Below are positions 11,308 to 23,619 of a stretch of DNA of 64,000 bases, piece after piece. The stretch is from Hypanus sabinus (Eukaryota): positions 43,834,001-43,898,000 of the forward strand of contig NC_082716.1 in the NCBI RefSeq assembly GCF_030144855.1. Reading direction: 5' to 3'. Under the pieces are notes generated by a model. The model saw only the letters and a list, made by a program, of their open reading frames with translations, made no database searches and was not told where the DNA came from. A program made the position numbers and the translations under genes. Numbering within the stretch: position 1 is the first letter of the stretch; the number at the start of each line of letters is the position of its first letter.

Positions 11308-13187
11308 CAGTGCCTATAAAAAGTACTCATCCCTCTTGGAAGTTTCCATATTTTATTGGTTTACAACATTGAATCACTGTGGATTTAATTTGGCTTTTTT
11401 TGACACCAATCAACAGGAAAGATTTTTGTGTCAAAGTGAAAACAGATCTCTAAAAGGTGATCTAAATTAATTACAAATACAAAGCACGAAATAATTGATT
11501 ACACAAGTATTTACCGTCTTCAACTCAGTATTTAGCAGATGCACCCTTGGCAGCAATCACAACCTTGAGTCTGTGTGGATAGGTCTCTCAGCTTTGCACA
11601 TCTGGACACTGCAATTTTGCCTCATTCTTCTTTACAAAACTGCTCAAGCTCTGTCAGATTGCATGGGGCTTGTGAGTGACAGCCCTTTTCAAGTCCAAAT
11701 GATCTGAGGTCCAGACATTGACTTTGCTATGCCAGGGCATTAACTTTGCTGTTTTTAAGCCATTCACGTGTTGCTATGGCTTTCTGCTTGGGAATCATTA
11801 ACTTGCTGGAAAACAAATCTTATACCAAGTGGCAATAACACACACAAAATACTGGTGGAACACAGCAGGCCAGGTCACCTTTCCAGCTCTTAGCTTCATC
11901 CCACACCCTCTGGTCTTCTCCTATCATTTTGCATTCCCCCTCCCCCCACTACTTTCAAATCTCTTACTATCTTTCCTTTCAGATAGTCCTGACAAAGGGT
12001 CTCGGCCCGAAATGTCAACAGCGCTCCTCCCTATAGATGCTGCCTGGCCTGCTGTGTTCCACCAGCATTTTGTGTGTGTTGTTGTTTGAATTTCCAGCAT
12101 CTGCAGATTTCCTCATGTTTGCTCTTATACCAAGTGGCAGTTCTTTTGCAGTCGTTATCAGGTTTTACTCCCAGGATTTCCCTGTATTTTGCTGCAGTCA
12201 TTTTACCCTCTACCTTCAGAAGCATCCAGCATGATGCAGACACCACCAAGCTTCATAGTAGAGATGGTGTGTTTTTGATGATGTGCAGTGTTTGGTTTAC
12301 ATCAGGTTTATTCTGATGGTCAAAAAGCTCAAGTTGGGTTTCATCAGATCACAGAACCTTCTTCCAGCTGACTTCAGAGTCTCCCATATGTCTTCTGGCA
12401 AACTCTAGCCGAGATTTCATGTGAGCTCCCCCCCCCCTCCCACCAACAACAGCTTTCTCTTTGCTACTCTCCCATAAAGCTGTGACTGATGAAGCATCCC
12501 GGCAACAGTTGTTGAATGTGCAGTCTCTCCCATCTCAGCCACTGAAGCTTCTAACTTCTCCAGAGTTGTCATAGGAATCTTGGTGGCCTTCCTCACTAGT
12601 CCCCTTCTTGCATGGTTACTCAGTTTTTGAGGACGGCCTACAGATGTACAGCTGTACCATATTCTTTCCATTTCTTGATGATTAACAACTGTACTCCAAG
12701 GGATATTCAGTGACTTGGAAATTTTCTCGTGTACATTTCCTGGCTTGTGCTTTTCAATAACCTTTTTGGAGTTGTTTGGAGCTTTCTTTCGTCTTCATGG
12801 TGTAGTTTTTGCCAGGATACTGGCTCATCAGCAGTTAGACCTTTCAGGTACAGGCTTTTTTTAAACTGTAATCAATTGAAACACCTCCACTGCAGGCAGG
12901 TGATCTCCATTTAACTAATTATGCGACTTCTAAAACCAGTTGGCTGCAATAGTGATGATTTGGTGTCATATGAAGCGGGTGGGGGGGTGTGAATACTTAT
13001 GGAATCAATTATTTTGTGTTTTCTATTTCTAATTAATTTAGATTACTTTGTAGGTATGTTCTTGCTTTCACACGAAAGTCTTTTCTCTGTTGATCAGTGT
13101 CAAAAAAAAGCCAAATTAAATCTACTGTGATTCAATGCTATAAGACATGAAAACTTCCAAGAGGGTGAACACTTTTCATAAGCACTG
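11308..13187 (-). mobile_element. Tc1 transposon with long (about 200 bp) TIRs, nested in the outer Tc1
   Basis: TA|CAGTGCCTATAAAAAGT ... ACTTTTCATAAGCACTG|TA; transposase remnants GRPQKLSNHARRGLVRKATKIPMTTL...LYGRVAKRK and KVEGKMTAAKYREIL. Confidence 0.92.
11835..12122 (+). mobile_element. Short Penelope-like derivative (inverted 5' piece plus 3' end with decayed hammerhead motif)
   Basis: 17-bp TSD TCTTATACCAAGTGGCA (11818-11834 / 12123-12139); AGTCCTGACAAAGGGTCTCGGCCCGAAATGTC at about 11985-12016. Confidence 0.8.
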
Positions 13188-14282
13188 TACCTACTAAGTA
13201 AGCAAGTTGCATTTGAAAAATGGCTAATTATTTAATATGTTACTTTCTTTAACAAAATACTGTAATATTTAATTTTTTGGAATCTGAATGGAAATCTAAA
13301 ATTTCTTTTCTACTAATGTACTAATGCAGAATACAAAAAATAAAAAACAAAATTTACATCAACATTCTAGGCTGCCTCATACTTTTGCACAGTACTGTAC
13401 AAGTTCTTACTTTCATTAGATTAATCAATGTCATCAGGTAGGATTAAATCTTGCAATGTATTTGAAGTTTTTTAATAGAGAAATTAATGTGTTAAATAGT
13501 CCAGAAGTACAATCATCAGCAATCTTCCACATAAGGTAGAGTTACTCATAATGGAAAGGCTGAAAGCAAAATACCAGAAAAGAACAAAACCCAACAGCAA
13601 CAAAAAAAGGTGGATGCAGGCCCATGTTTCAAAGGCTACAAAAGATTAAAAACAGATGAAAACTGTGGAATATCCTGCTCATCCTGGACTCATAAAGGGT
13701 GCTCAACCTGCACCAGCTCACTGGAAGCCAATTGACTGAGATATTAAAGTTTGATCCAAAAACTGCTTGACCTGTAAAACTCAGGTTCCTACTAAATTTA
13801 CCAACCTGAGACTTAACCCAAGCTTCACCTTTCCACAGATGCTTCCTGACCTGAAGGGTTTCATGTTTTTAAAATCTGAGCTTTTGTAGGAGCTTATGAA
13901 TTCTCATTTCAACTATAATGTCAAGAGTAGCTTACAATGGAGGGATAGGGGTTGGATCTTTCAAGGGAAACATTGAAAATATTAAATTACTAGCCACATT
14001 GTTCTTGGTTTAAGAGCTGCAAGAGAGCAAGCATAAGTATAAATCAAAAAAGATATATTTGGCACATAAAATTAAGGGATGTATCTTAACGTTGGTCTGA
14101 TATTTTTAGATAAAAACACTAAAAATTAGGAATTATAAGCAGAATTAAAAGGGCTAAAACCTAACTTGACTTATTTGCAGCTTGGTTAAAAATGCTGCAA
14201 AGATAACTAAAGAACAAAGGAATACTTGTTGCATGGGAAAGCTGCCGAAGAAGATTAGCAACAGAGTATGTATGTGTTAACA

Positions 14283-14503
14283 TGTAGTCATGCACAAAGC
14301 GCTACGGAAGGAACACACGGAGGCAGAGAGCTGAACTCAGAATGACTTTCCTGATTCAAACTCGCGCGCTTAAATCTCCCCTCCTATAGGTCCCTGTGAC
14401 AAGCGAGGCGGACATGACGTCAGACCGTCCCCAGAAGGTCCGCCCCCAGTGGGCCATGCGTCTGCCTGCGGCTCCCAGAGTCCTGTGTGTGCGGACCGCC
14501 ACA
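14283..14503 (-). mobile_element. Solo LTR (221 bp), probably a CsRn1-like Gypsy family distinct from copies 1 and 2
   Basis: Minus strand begins TGTGGCG and ends CTACA like the other LTRs; flanks AACA/AATA (4-bp TSD, 1 mismatch); GC/CpG-rich patch in an AT-rich intron. Confidence 0.7.
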
Positions 14504-14733
14504 AATAAGTGTTTAACAAGCAGCCCCAGACAGTACTTAGGGCTCATTTGATATGCAGATTTTCCCAAGCTCTAGGAGCGGGCCTCTGTAATTCAACTGA
14601 GCAACGCAAGTGTGCTAATATACGGTATGTATTTGTGTTTGACAATTATTCGTTGGGTCTGAACCCAAAGTCCACTGGTAGAAAGGCAGATTGACAAAGT
14701 AACCCAATAACCAAAGAAATATGTAAAACTTAC

Positions 14734-14847
14734 CTCCTCAATGCCAGCAATATTATTAACTGCTAGTTTCTTCAGTGAACTTTGCAATTTCTTGTCATCA
14801 GCTGTAGCTGTTCTATGCACTACCTTCTTCTTCCTGCGAGCTGTGCC
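14734..14847 (-). CDS. BTF3L4: BTF3L4 (basic transcription factor 3-like 4, NAC-beta paralogue), second coding exon
   Basis: [38 protein letters not shown]; cag acceptor and GTAAGT donor, 114 nt. [13 protein letters not shown] distinguishes it from BTF3 (QFSLKKLGVNNIS). Confidence 0.97.
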
Positions 14848-17402
14848 CTGACAAAATGCAATGAATATAAAGTTAATCAAATTGGATGGCAGTTGAATGT
14901 TTTAAAATCTGTAGTCCCTTTTAATATCTTATCTAATTTCAAACAGTTCATTCATGATTACTTAATGAATTAAAGCAAAGCATATTTGCAAACTGAAAAT
15001 TACATTATGATTTTAGTGGAAATGATGAAGAAATGGTGCATATGTAATTCCAAAGTCAGGGTTTTAAAAATTCTTTTTAAAGCTGGTGTCAGATTTATCT
15101 GAGCCGAACAAGAAGCACGCATTATTTTTCTAATGCCATTGCAACCATATTCAATGCAATTCACAAAATTTTCCTTGCAGGACATTGCTTAAGCAGTCAA
15201 AAGGTGGATGATCACAGATCTGAAATAAACTATTTTAAGCAACAGTAATTTCAATATATTGATTGCATAATACCCCTAAGTTCTAGTAAATTGTTTATAC
15301 TACATTCTATTGGTCAACCTGTTTTTTTCCTTACACAAAAAGAATACATACAAAAAGGTCAGAAATATTAAGTATACATATAATACATAATTATTTGTAC
15401 AAAAGCTAATTTGTTTGTACAATTTATTACTGTAAAACTCACATTCCAAATCACCTTACATTCAAAAAGTGTTTGATCCTCAGAATTTAATACACAACTA
15501 TCATTAAACTTAATACACAACTTATCATTAATCAGATGGAATTTTTGGACTAATTCAATGAAAGGGAGGGTTTTAATATAACAAAATATTTAGAGATTCA
15601 AATTAATTTCAACGGCTGGAATCAAAAGTCAAATCGAAACATAGTCCTAGTAAACAAAGTTCACAAACTTGGATGGAATAGTAGGACAAGAGTTTAGGAA
15701 AACTGAACTACCTCCTTAAGTAGAAATAATCAATCCACTTCCATGTGTAGTTTGGTCATACAGACTCTTCCACATATTATGATAGCCAGAAGAATGGTAA
15801 CAAAATTTGGCAATGCACTCACATCAGGATACAATAGGGCAGATGACACAGAAACTCCGTCAGAGGTCGTCTTTGAGAAACATTTAAGAAGAAACAAATT
15901 TATACTTTGGAAGGAAATTCAAGACATTATGCAGCAACTGTTCAGGACAAAGCTGCAAAAGGTAGAGTGATTAAACTATTGAATGTTCAAGGGGTCAGAA
16001 AGGTTGTTGAGCTCACAGGAGCTTACAGGAATAGAAAAAGACACTATGAAATAGAAATCCAAAGGCAAGCATCAGAATTTTAAGACCACTGTTGCTTACC
16101 ATATGCCAAAATAGATTATCAAGAAGAGTGAAACATGGAAGGAAGCTGAAGTTTTGAACAATCAAAAGTTTAAAGAGCACAGAACACAAGTCTGTTCAGG
16201 AAGTCAATGGAAGACTGAGATTCAGAAGTAACAAAGGCAATGAATTGCATCATGAAAGGGAGAGAAAATGGAAAACATATGTTTTTAACAAGTATTTATA
16301 TTTGTTAAATTATATTAAAGTTCTGTATGGGCAAAGCCAAGGTAATTTGTTGGTGGGACCTACTTTTTTCCAAAATGACTTCCACAGTTGGATGGGAAAG
16401 ACTTTAAAATTAGAAAAGCAATAAATATGAACCAACAAATAGTCAAATTCATGAAGCACAACAGCTCCTTCTTTATAGATGTCAAAATTAAGCTAAATAC
16501 TATCAATTATCAATTGGAAAATGTGCTGTCCTGTATCATAGTACTAGAAAATGGCAGATTTGACACCTAATCCAATTCCACTTACATCTTCACCTTTTGT
16601 GCAATGGTGGGTAGAACCAATTCAACAAATACAAGGAAGAATCTATTAAAGAAATGTACTCCAAAACAAAACAATTATTTAATGGTTAATAGATAAAATA
16701 TGGAAGTTTATTTTTGCAAAAGATTTCTTAGAAATATAGAAAGATTAAGAATTTCAATATGTTTGTACCCTAAATTCATTTAAAATAATATTTCATGGTA
16801 AAACCAACCATTTAGTCATCATTTCTTGATGAAACCTCTTCATCACACTCTCAAAACGGACACTACAAATTGTGAATTCCTCATCTTCAACTTACTGGAA
16901 GAAGCTTTTATAATCTATGTGGATATACAACAGGACTGTTATGCTTTTGTTTACACATGATGGGCATTACTCTGTTACTACATACAATGGTCTTAGGTAG
17001 ACTGCAGATACAGTCAATGCACCATCTTATGATTAAGTCATAATTGTCAGCGCTAACAAAATGCAAATACCGTATAGGACATTAAAGCCAAACCCAATCC
17101 TACTGTAATTGGTAGTTACTTGTGTACTTGCTAGCAAGGATCACTGGATAGTAACATGCTTAAGAATCCTACGTGACTTCTTACAGCTTAGATCACTGCA
17201 TGAACAAAATTTGTAACCATGAACATAGAAATATACTGCAACTTTGAGAGTAAGTCTGTGTATATTTAAGTGAATACTGGGCAGGCAGGGATGAAAAAAA
17301 TTATTGGTTTATTGAAATTGTGTATGGTGAAGCCATGACATCTACAGATGTCATAGTTCTACCACGGTTGAACTACTACAATCACAGTTTATCAATACCT
17401 CT

Positions 17403-19470
17403 ATTTCAAAGTTCAAAGTAAATTTATAATTGAAGCTCATAAATGTAGACATATACATCCCTGAGATTCGTTTTCTTGTGGGCATACTTAATAAATCTAT
17501 AACAGAATAGCAACCATAATAGAATGAAATACCGAAACTTACTTGGGCATTCAACCAGTGTGCAAAAGACAATACAGAGCAAATACAAAAAAAGGAAATA
17601 AATAAAGAATATGAGAAGAGTAGTCCTTGAAAGTTTGAGTCTATAGGTTGTGGAAGCATTTTAACGATGGGGTGAGAGAAGATGAGTGAAGTTACCTCCT
17701 TTGGTGTAAGAGACTGATGGTTGAGGGGTAATAACCATTCCTGGACCCGGTGGTTGAGTCCTGAGGCTCCTGATGGCAGCAGCGAGAGCCTGTCCCAGGT
17801 GGTAGGGTCCCTGATGATGGATGCTGCTTTCCTGCGCCAACATTTCATGCAGATGTGCTCAGAGGGGAGGGCTTTACCTGTGATGGACAGGGCCATATCC
17901 ACTACTTCTTGTAGTATTTTCTATTCCAATCACATTGGTGTTACCATACCCGGCTGTGATGCAACCAGTCAGTATACTTTCCACCATACATCTATGGAAA
18001 TAGAAATCTGTCAAATTTTAACTATCCTGCTGAATCTTTACAAACTGCTAAGGAAGCAGAGGTGCTTCCTGGCTTTCTTCATAATTGCACTTAAGTGCGG
18101 GGCCCCAGCAGAGATCCTCTAACACCAAGGAATTTAAAGTTGCTGACCCACTCCACCTCTGATCTTCAGATGAGAACTGGCTCATGGACCTCGGGTTTCG
18201 TCTTCCTGAAGTCAATAACAGCCTTCTTGGTCTTGCTGATATTTATTAAGATGTTGTTGCTACAGCATCTCTCAGCCAAATTTTCAAGCTCCCTCCTATA
18301 TGTTGATTCATCACCAGCTTTGACTTTGCATATACAACTGTGGAGTTGTCAGCAAACTTGAATATGGCATTGGAGTCATAAGTGTAAAGAGAGTAGAGCA
18401 GAGGGCCAAACACATAGCCTTGTGGTGCAACTGTGCTGATCGACCATGGAAGAGATGGTTGTTGCCAATCCGAACTGACTGGGGTCTACAAATGAGGAAA
18501 TCCAGGATCCAATTGCACAAGGAGGTATTGAGGCCAAGGAATTGAAGCTTATTGATTAGTTTTAGGTGATGGTATTGAATGCTGAGCTGTAGTCGATAAA
18601 GATTATCTTGAGGTATGCATCTTTGTTTTCGAAATTTTCCAGGGTAGAGTGAAAAGCCAGTGAGATTCTATCTGCAGGGGAGCTAGGCAAATTGGAGTGG
18701 ATCCAGATCGCTTTTCAGGCAGACTTGATATGCTTCATCACAGCGGATGTAAGTGCTACTGGACAATAGTCACTGAGCCACATTACCATGTTCTTTGGCA
18801 CCAGTATAACTGAAGCCTGCTTGAAGCAGGTGGATTTCTCAGATTGCTAAAGTGAGAGGTTAAAGATCTCAATGAACACTTCAGCCACCCGATCAGCACA
18901 GGTCTTTAGTACTTAGCCAGGTACCCCATCTGGGCCTGATGCTTTGGGTACACCCTTCTAAAGACTGCTCATACATCAGCTTCAAGAGACTGAAATCACA
19001 GGATCATCAAGGGCTGTGGGAGTTCGTGATGCTTCCTTCATGTTTTGACGTTCAAAGCGAGCATAGAAGGCATTGGGCACATCTGGAAGCTAAGCCCTGT
19101 TGTCGCCTATGACTCTTGATTTAGTTTTACAAGAGGTGATACTATTCAAGCCCTGCCACCACTGTCAAGCATCCTTCATTGAATCAAGTTTAATCTGGAA
19201 TTGCCACTTAACATGTGAAATGGCTTTTTAGAGATCATACCTGGACCTCTTGTAATTTTCTTGGTCACCAGACTTGAATACCTCTTGATCTGGCTCTTAG
19301 CAGATTAAGGATCTCATGGTTTATCCACAGTTTCTGATTGCGGAAGACTGAAAGATTTTCTGGAGACACCCTCGACTACAACTGTTTTAATAACGTCTGT
19401 GACAACTGTGGTGTATTTATTCAGATCCATAGCCAAGTCCTTGAACATGAACGACCCAGTCCACTGACTT
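17403..19470 (-). mobile_element. Rex1/Babar-type non-LTR retrotransposon fragment
   Basis: [18 protein letters not shown] and KAASIIRDP motifs; (tttgaac) tail near 17403; boundaries approximate. Confidence 0.8.
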
Positions 19471-21499
19471 GAAGCCATCCCATGGCCACACCTCTGCTCT
19501 TGCAACAACCTCTGTTGTCCTAAAGAGCTTTGCTCTTTAGCCCCTATTTCCACCTTTGTTAATTTTTTTACTAAAACAATTAAATAGTCAAACAAGATTT
19601 TTTTTAACCCACTAATGATATGAAGATATTGGGTAAAAAGCTAAATGTACTACAAACCCAACAGAGGTGCTTTCTTAAAACCATGATCCAAAAATGTTGG
19701 GTACATGGTTTTGAAAAAACAACAAAATTTGATTTACAAAATTTTGTCATCAGTTTACATAGGCTTATCCTAAGACTTGTATTTTTGGGTACCAAACACT
19801 TGTCTAATCAATAAACGTGAAAATACATTCAAATTCAAAAACTGGAAATGCTAATTCAGTGTTAACCATTGTTAAATTTACAGGTGACATCCACCAAAGC
19901 AGTCACCACGAGAAAACACATCATTAGGAACAGTATGCATTTGTACAACAGTAAGGAAAAGGAATAATCATTCAGGTCAACACAGAGGCAAAGCATTACA
20001 TTTCCTTTCAGAGTCTACCTGATATTTCTTAAACTGATAACGAGAACATACTCCTCCAAATTAATTATAAAGTGAACACCAAGTGCTGGTCTTCTCAGCA
20101 GTACTAACCCAGAAATTAATAAAAAGCCAATGCACTTTCATATTTGATAATGCAGGCAATTTAAAAAAAAATTTAGTATGTCAAAAAAACATGAACTATT
20201 CCACTTTACATGGCACTATGATGTTAGAATTTTGCATTTATTATCCATTACTGGTTTGCAAAGTTATTTGTGCTTTAAACTGCTGTAGTCAATACGGCAA
20301 AGATGATCCTACAATGCTCTCACTGAGAGAGCTATCGTTGTAGCCAGAACTGATACAAGTCAAACAGATTTGCTCAGTGACAACTCATGTTCAATGCAAA
20401 TGCCTTGAGGACCTAATCTAGCAAATTCAATCCAGCCACGAGTTACATTGCTCTATGTGAAATTCTGAAGATTAAAAAAATCAGAGGGCCCCTGTGAAAG
20501 TATATAAAATATCCCTTTGAACCAAAACAGATTTATTTCAGCGTTCCAGCCAATATTTATTTCTCAACCAATCAGATCAAAACCTTTATTTGGTCTGCGG
20601 CACTTGCGTGAACATTAACTGCTAAGTTCCACACCTGACAGAAGCAGTTAAACCAGAAGACCTTCATTGACTGAGAAGCACTTTGGAAGATGCAGATGCA
20701 GAGTCCTAAAAAGAACTTTACAAATAATAATTGCATTTCAGTCTGTCATATTTTAACAGGGCCATTTGAGTTTCTATTATTAAAATGATCCTAACGGCAA
20801 TGATAACCTCAAAATCTAAACCAATGAAAAGATCAAATATATCTTCCAGTCACACACCAAACCAACTTTGACAAGGCTGAATTCTTTCATCATCACTGAA
20901 TAAAACTGCTGGAAATGCCCTTTTCAGAGTATATTAAGAGTTCTCTTCACATGGTTTGCAATAGCTTAAGAAACATTTGCTGCCTTCTAAGTGAACCAGG
21001 ATAGGCAAATACAAAATTATTACAATATTCAAAATATGTGAACATACAAAGGAACATATTTAATTATCCTGATTGGTAAGACAATGCAAGCATTAATGAC
21101 AGTTGTCTTTAAAACTCCAGTTCAAAAGCAGAGTTCCACAGCCACTAGAAAAATGACATTTACAACAAAATGCTGCAAAAAGCCAAAATAATTTGAGAAT
21201 GATATTAATCTTTCTGGTCAATGACTTTAGCACAGAACGACAAAAAGATGAATATGAAAAAGTTCATATCTCTCTCTCTGTAGATGTCAAAACAGTAAAA
21301 ACTACAAACACTCCTGTAGTTCTAGGCTTTGAAATTAAGGATTAAGTGTAACATCCCTTATTAACAAAAGCAACAATCTAGTAGTAGCATTTAAAAAGTT
21401 ATACCATGAAATGGTGTCACAAAAACGGAACACTAATTTTATTGATATTAAATTAGTGGCTGTCATTACATAAACAACTGTGACAAACAATGATCTCAC

Positions 21500-21553
21500 C
21501 TTTCCTCCTATCCGGACCTGAGCCTGTAGTTTTGCTAATTTTTCCTGATTCAT
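21500..21553 (-). CDS. BTF3L4: BTF3L4 first coding exon (exon spans 21500-21563)
   Basis: MNQEKLAKLQAQVRIGGK followed by a GTGAGA donor; polypyrimidine-cag acceptor 10 nt upstream of the ATG. Confidence 0.97.
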
Positions 21554-21829
21554 AGTGTATAATCTGGGAAAGGCAAAAAAAATTCAAAATCACCATATTT
21601 ACATTATTTTCGCAAAATAGCAAACATTACAATGCGATCTAGGCCAGTTAATTAAAGATTAATTTCCATGTAAAACTTGCCATCTAAGTAACTTCAATAC
21701 CTGCACAGAAAGGACTTCTCGTTCGATAAACGTAAATGACGACTAGATTTATTATAGCTGTACTTTACTTTTAAACTAATTTTTTTTCAGCGAACGGAGA
21801 GATAGGTATTTGAGTAGCATGACAAACGT

Positions 21830-22700
21830 ACGGTGCACACTGAAAACTTCAGTTCCGTTCAGGCTTCACCACCAGTTCCGATATCTCAGGAAAAAGACCA
21901 CATCGATCTGACACATGGTTATTACACTTTTCTTCCACTCAAGTCCTGTCGCGGCCTAACGTGCCCAGCCTTAGAAAGCAACCAGCCACAAAATGTAGCT
22001 CAAACCAGCCGAATTTAAAATCCCACCTCCAAACTAATTTTGTTCACAGCGATTTCTCGTTTCCCCGCTCTTGCACGTAATTTACTAACACGGAGATTAC
22101 ACCTCGATTTTATCAGGGCGACAACTGCGCGGTCAATCATAGTGACAGGAAACTTTTCTGCCCCGGTCACAAACCTTGTTGTGTTTGTCCGGACCCAAAG
22201 GAAACACGCGGTGAGCAAGATGGCGGGTATGGAAAGAGATGGAGATCGGGACGGAGTGCACGAGCCTCCAATGCGTCTCCCGGCACGTGACGCGTCCCGC
22301 GCTAATTCCGTCACGGGCACCGCACCCTGCTGCTGCGGGCGGGAGGGCGGGCGCTCGCTCGCCCGCCCGCCTATGCGCATTGGGAGGCTGGCGGAGTGTG
22401 TTGGCATTACCCGAACAAAAGGGAAGAAGGGTTGTGTGAGGCTGCACATCCAACGAGGACATTGTAATATCAATGTGCTGGCATTTTCCAATGAGCTCTT
22501 CATAATTCACTTTTCTAAAACTTGCGTACAAGTAGTTGGTGTCCGACAGCGAATGGATTTTCCCAGCGAGTGTTTGTTCGGACAGCCTCTCCCTTTTTCG
22601 CCAAGAAAGATTTATTGTAAAAGCATACGATTGAGTGGAGAATATGGGCGTAGAGTTAAATGTCGTTGCATTACTCTACGACTCAGTAACAATGTTAGGG
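21830..22700 (-). promoter_or_regulatory. BTF3L4: CpG island / BTF3L4 promoter and probable non-coding exon 1 (about 22175-22238)
   Basis: CpG-rich; minus strand has a TCT-like initiator (TCTCTTTCC), a YY1 motif CGCCATCTT and a candidate donor AAG|GTTTGT at 22175/22174; CACGTG, GC box and TGCGCA motifs lie upstream. Confidence 0.75.
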
Positions 22701-23419
22701 TTGAAATCCCCCTTAGTGATTAATTAAGGCTTATTGTGGAGTCGCCTACAACTGGAAACAGCTTTTCTCCAAGAGGAAGAGTTAATGTTTCTCTTTGCAG
22801 AAATGCTACCTTACCTCCAGAGGATTTCTGGTGTTTTCCATTTACTTTTAAATTTCCAGTATCTAAGTTTGTTTTCAATAACTTTTCTAGCGTGTAAGGC
22901 CGTTCTGTAATTCTTAAAGCTGTGTATCAGCTTTTTCCACCTTTCCTCTGTTTATTAAGCCTTTTTCCATTTTTGAGCAGCCTCCTCCTCTGTCAATCAT
23001 TCCATATTTATAGGAGAACATTTATAAGAAACTAACAAAAGCATTATCCTTTATTGATTAAATAGAAATAGTAAAATTATTCCTGATTGATTTTGGATTC
23101 ATTTGGAGGCAACGTGAAGCTAGGTGACATTACAAAAGATAAGAGGTTTGTGTAGATTCTTCAAATACATCCTATAGATTTTAGAAAATGTTTGAGTCTG
23201 GAAAAAAAGAGAGAACTTCATTTTGGCACTGTTTGCAGGAGGTTTTGTTAGAATAATATGATGTAGAAGAGAGGTGAAATGAGGCTCATGGGTTAAGAAA
23301 GAACACTGATGCAGGCTTAAAGAAGTTAACTAATTTGTTGTACAGTTGAAAAATTTTCCATTCTCTGTCAGCTAGTAGGAAAACAATCTATCCATGAAGT
23401 TAAGTACAGTGGAAGTTTC

Positions 23420-23552
23420 GACCTGCAGAAGGGTCTCAGCCCAAAATGTCAACTGTGTTCCTTTCCATAGATGCTGCCTGGCCTGCTGAGTTCGTCCAGC
23501 ATTTTGTGTGTGTTTCTTCGGATTTCCAGCATCTGCAAATTTTCTCTTGTTT
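23420..23552 (+). mobile_element. Penelope-like 3' end fragment with decayed hammerhead motif
   Basis: gaagggtctcagcccaaaatgtcaactg...gatgctgcctggcctgctgagttc..cagcattttgtgtg, the same repeat as at 12.0, 25.8, 36.0, 40.9 and 44.6 kb. Confidence 0.75.
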
Positions 23553-23619
23553 ATCCATGAAGGACCGCCCCAAATATCTCAACAAGCTAGGAAGCCAAAA
23601 TTATAATCTAACCGTACAT

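Larger units (their letters stand above)
10070..13397 (-). mobile_element. Tc1/mariner DNA transposon (outer), degenerate
   Basis: TA-flanked TIRs CAGTAC(C/T)GTGCAAAAGT ... ACTTTTGCACAGTACTG; decayed transposase-like sequence on the minus strand. Confidence 0.85.

Noticed and set aside
1-14733. Remaining BTF3L4 exons (VNMIKDDGTVIHF...)
   Set aside because: Not found by eye on the minus strand; presumably left of the window
15486-15531. Short tandem duplication ttaatacacaact(t)atcattaa x2
   Set aside because: Two copies only, ordinary slippage duplication; not an array or CRISPR
22040-22723. 227-aa and overlapping ORFs in the BTF3L4 CpG island
   Set aside because: Non-ATG starts and no recognisable motif; open frames are expected by chance in GC-rich promoter DNA
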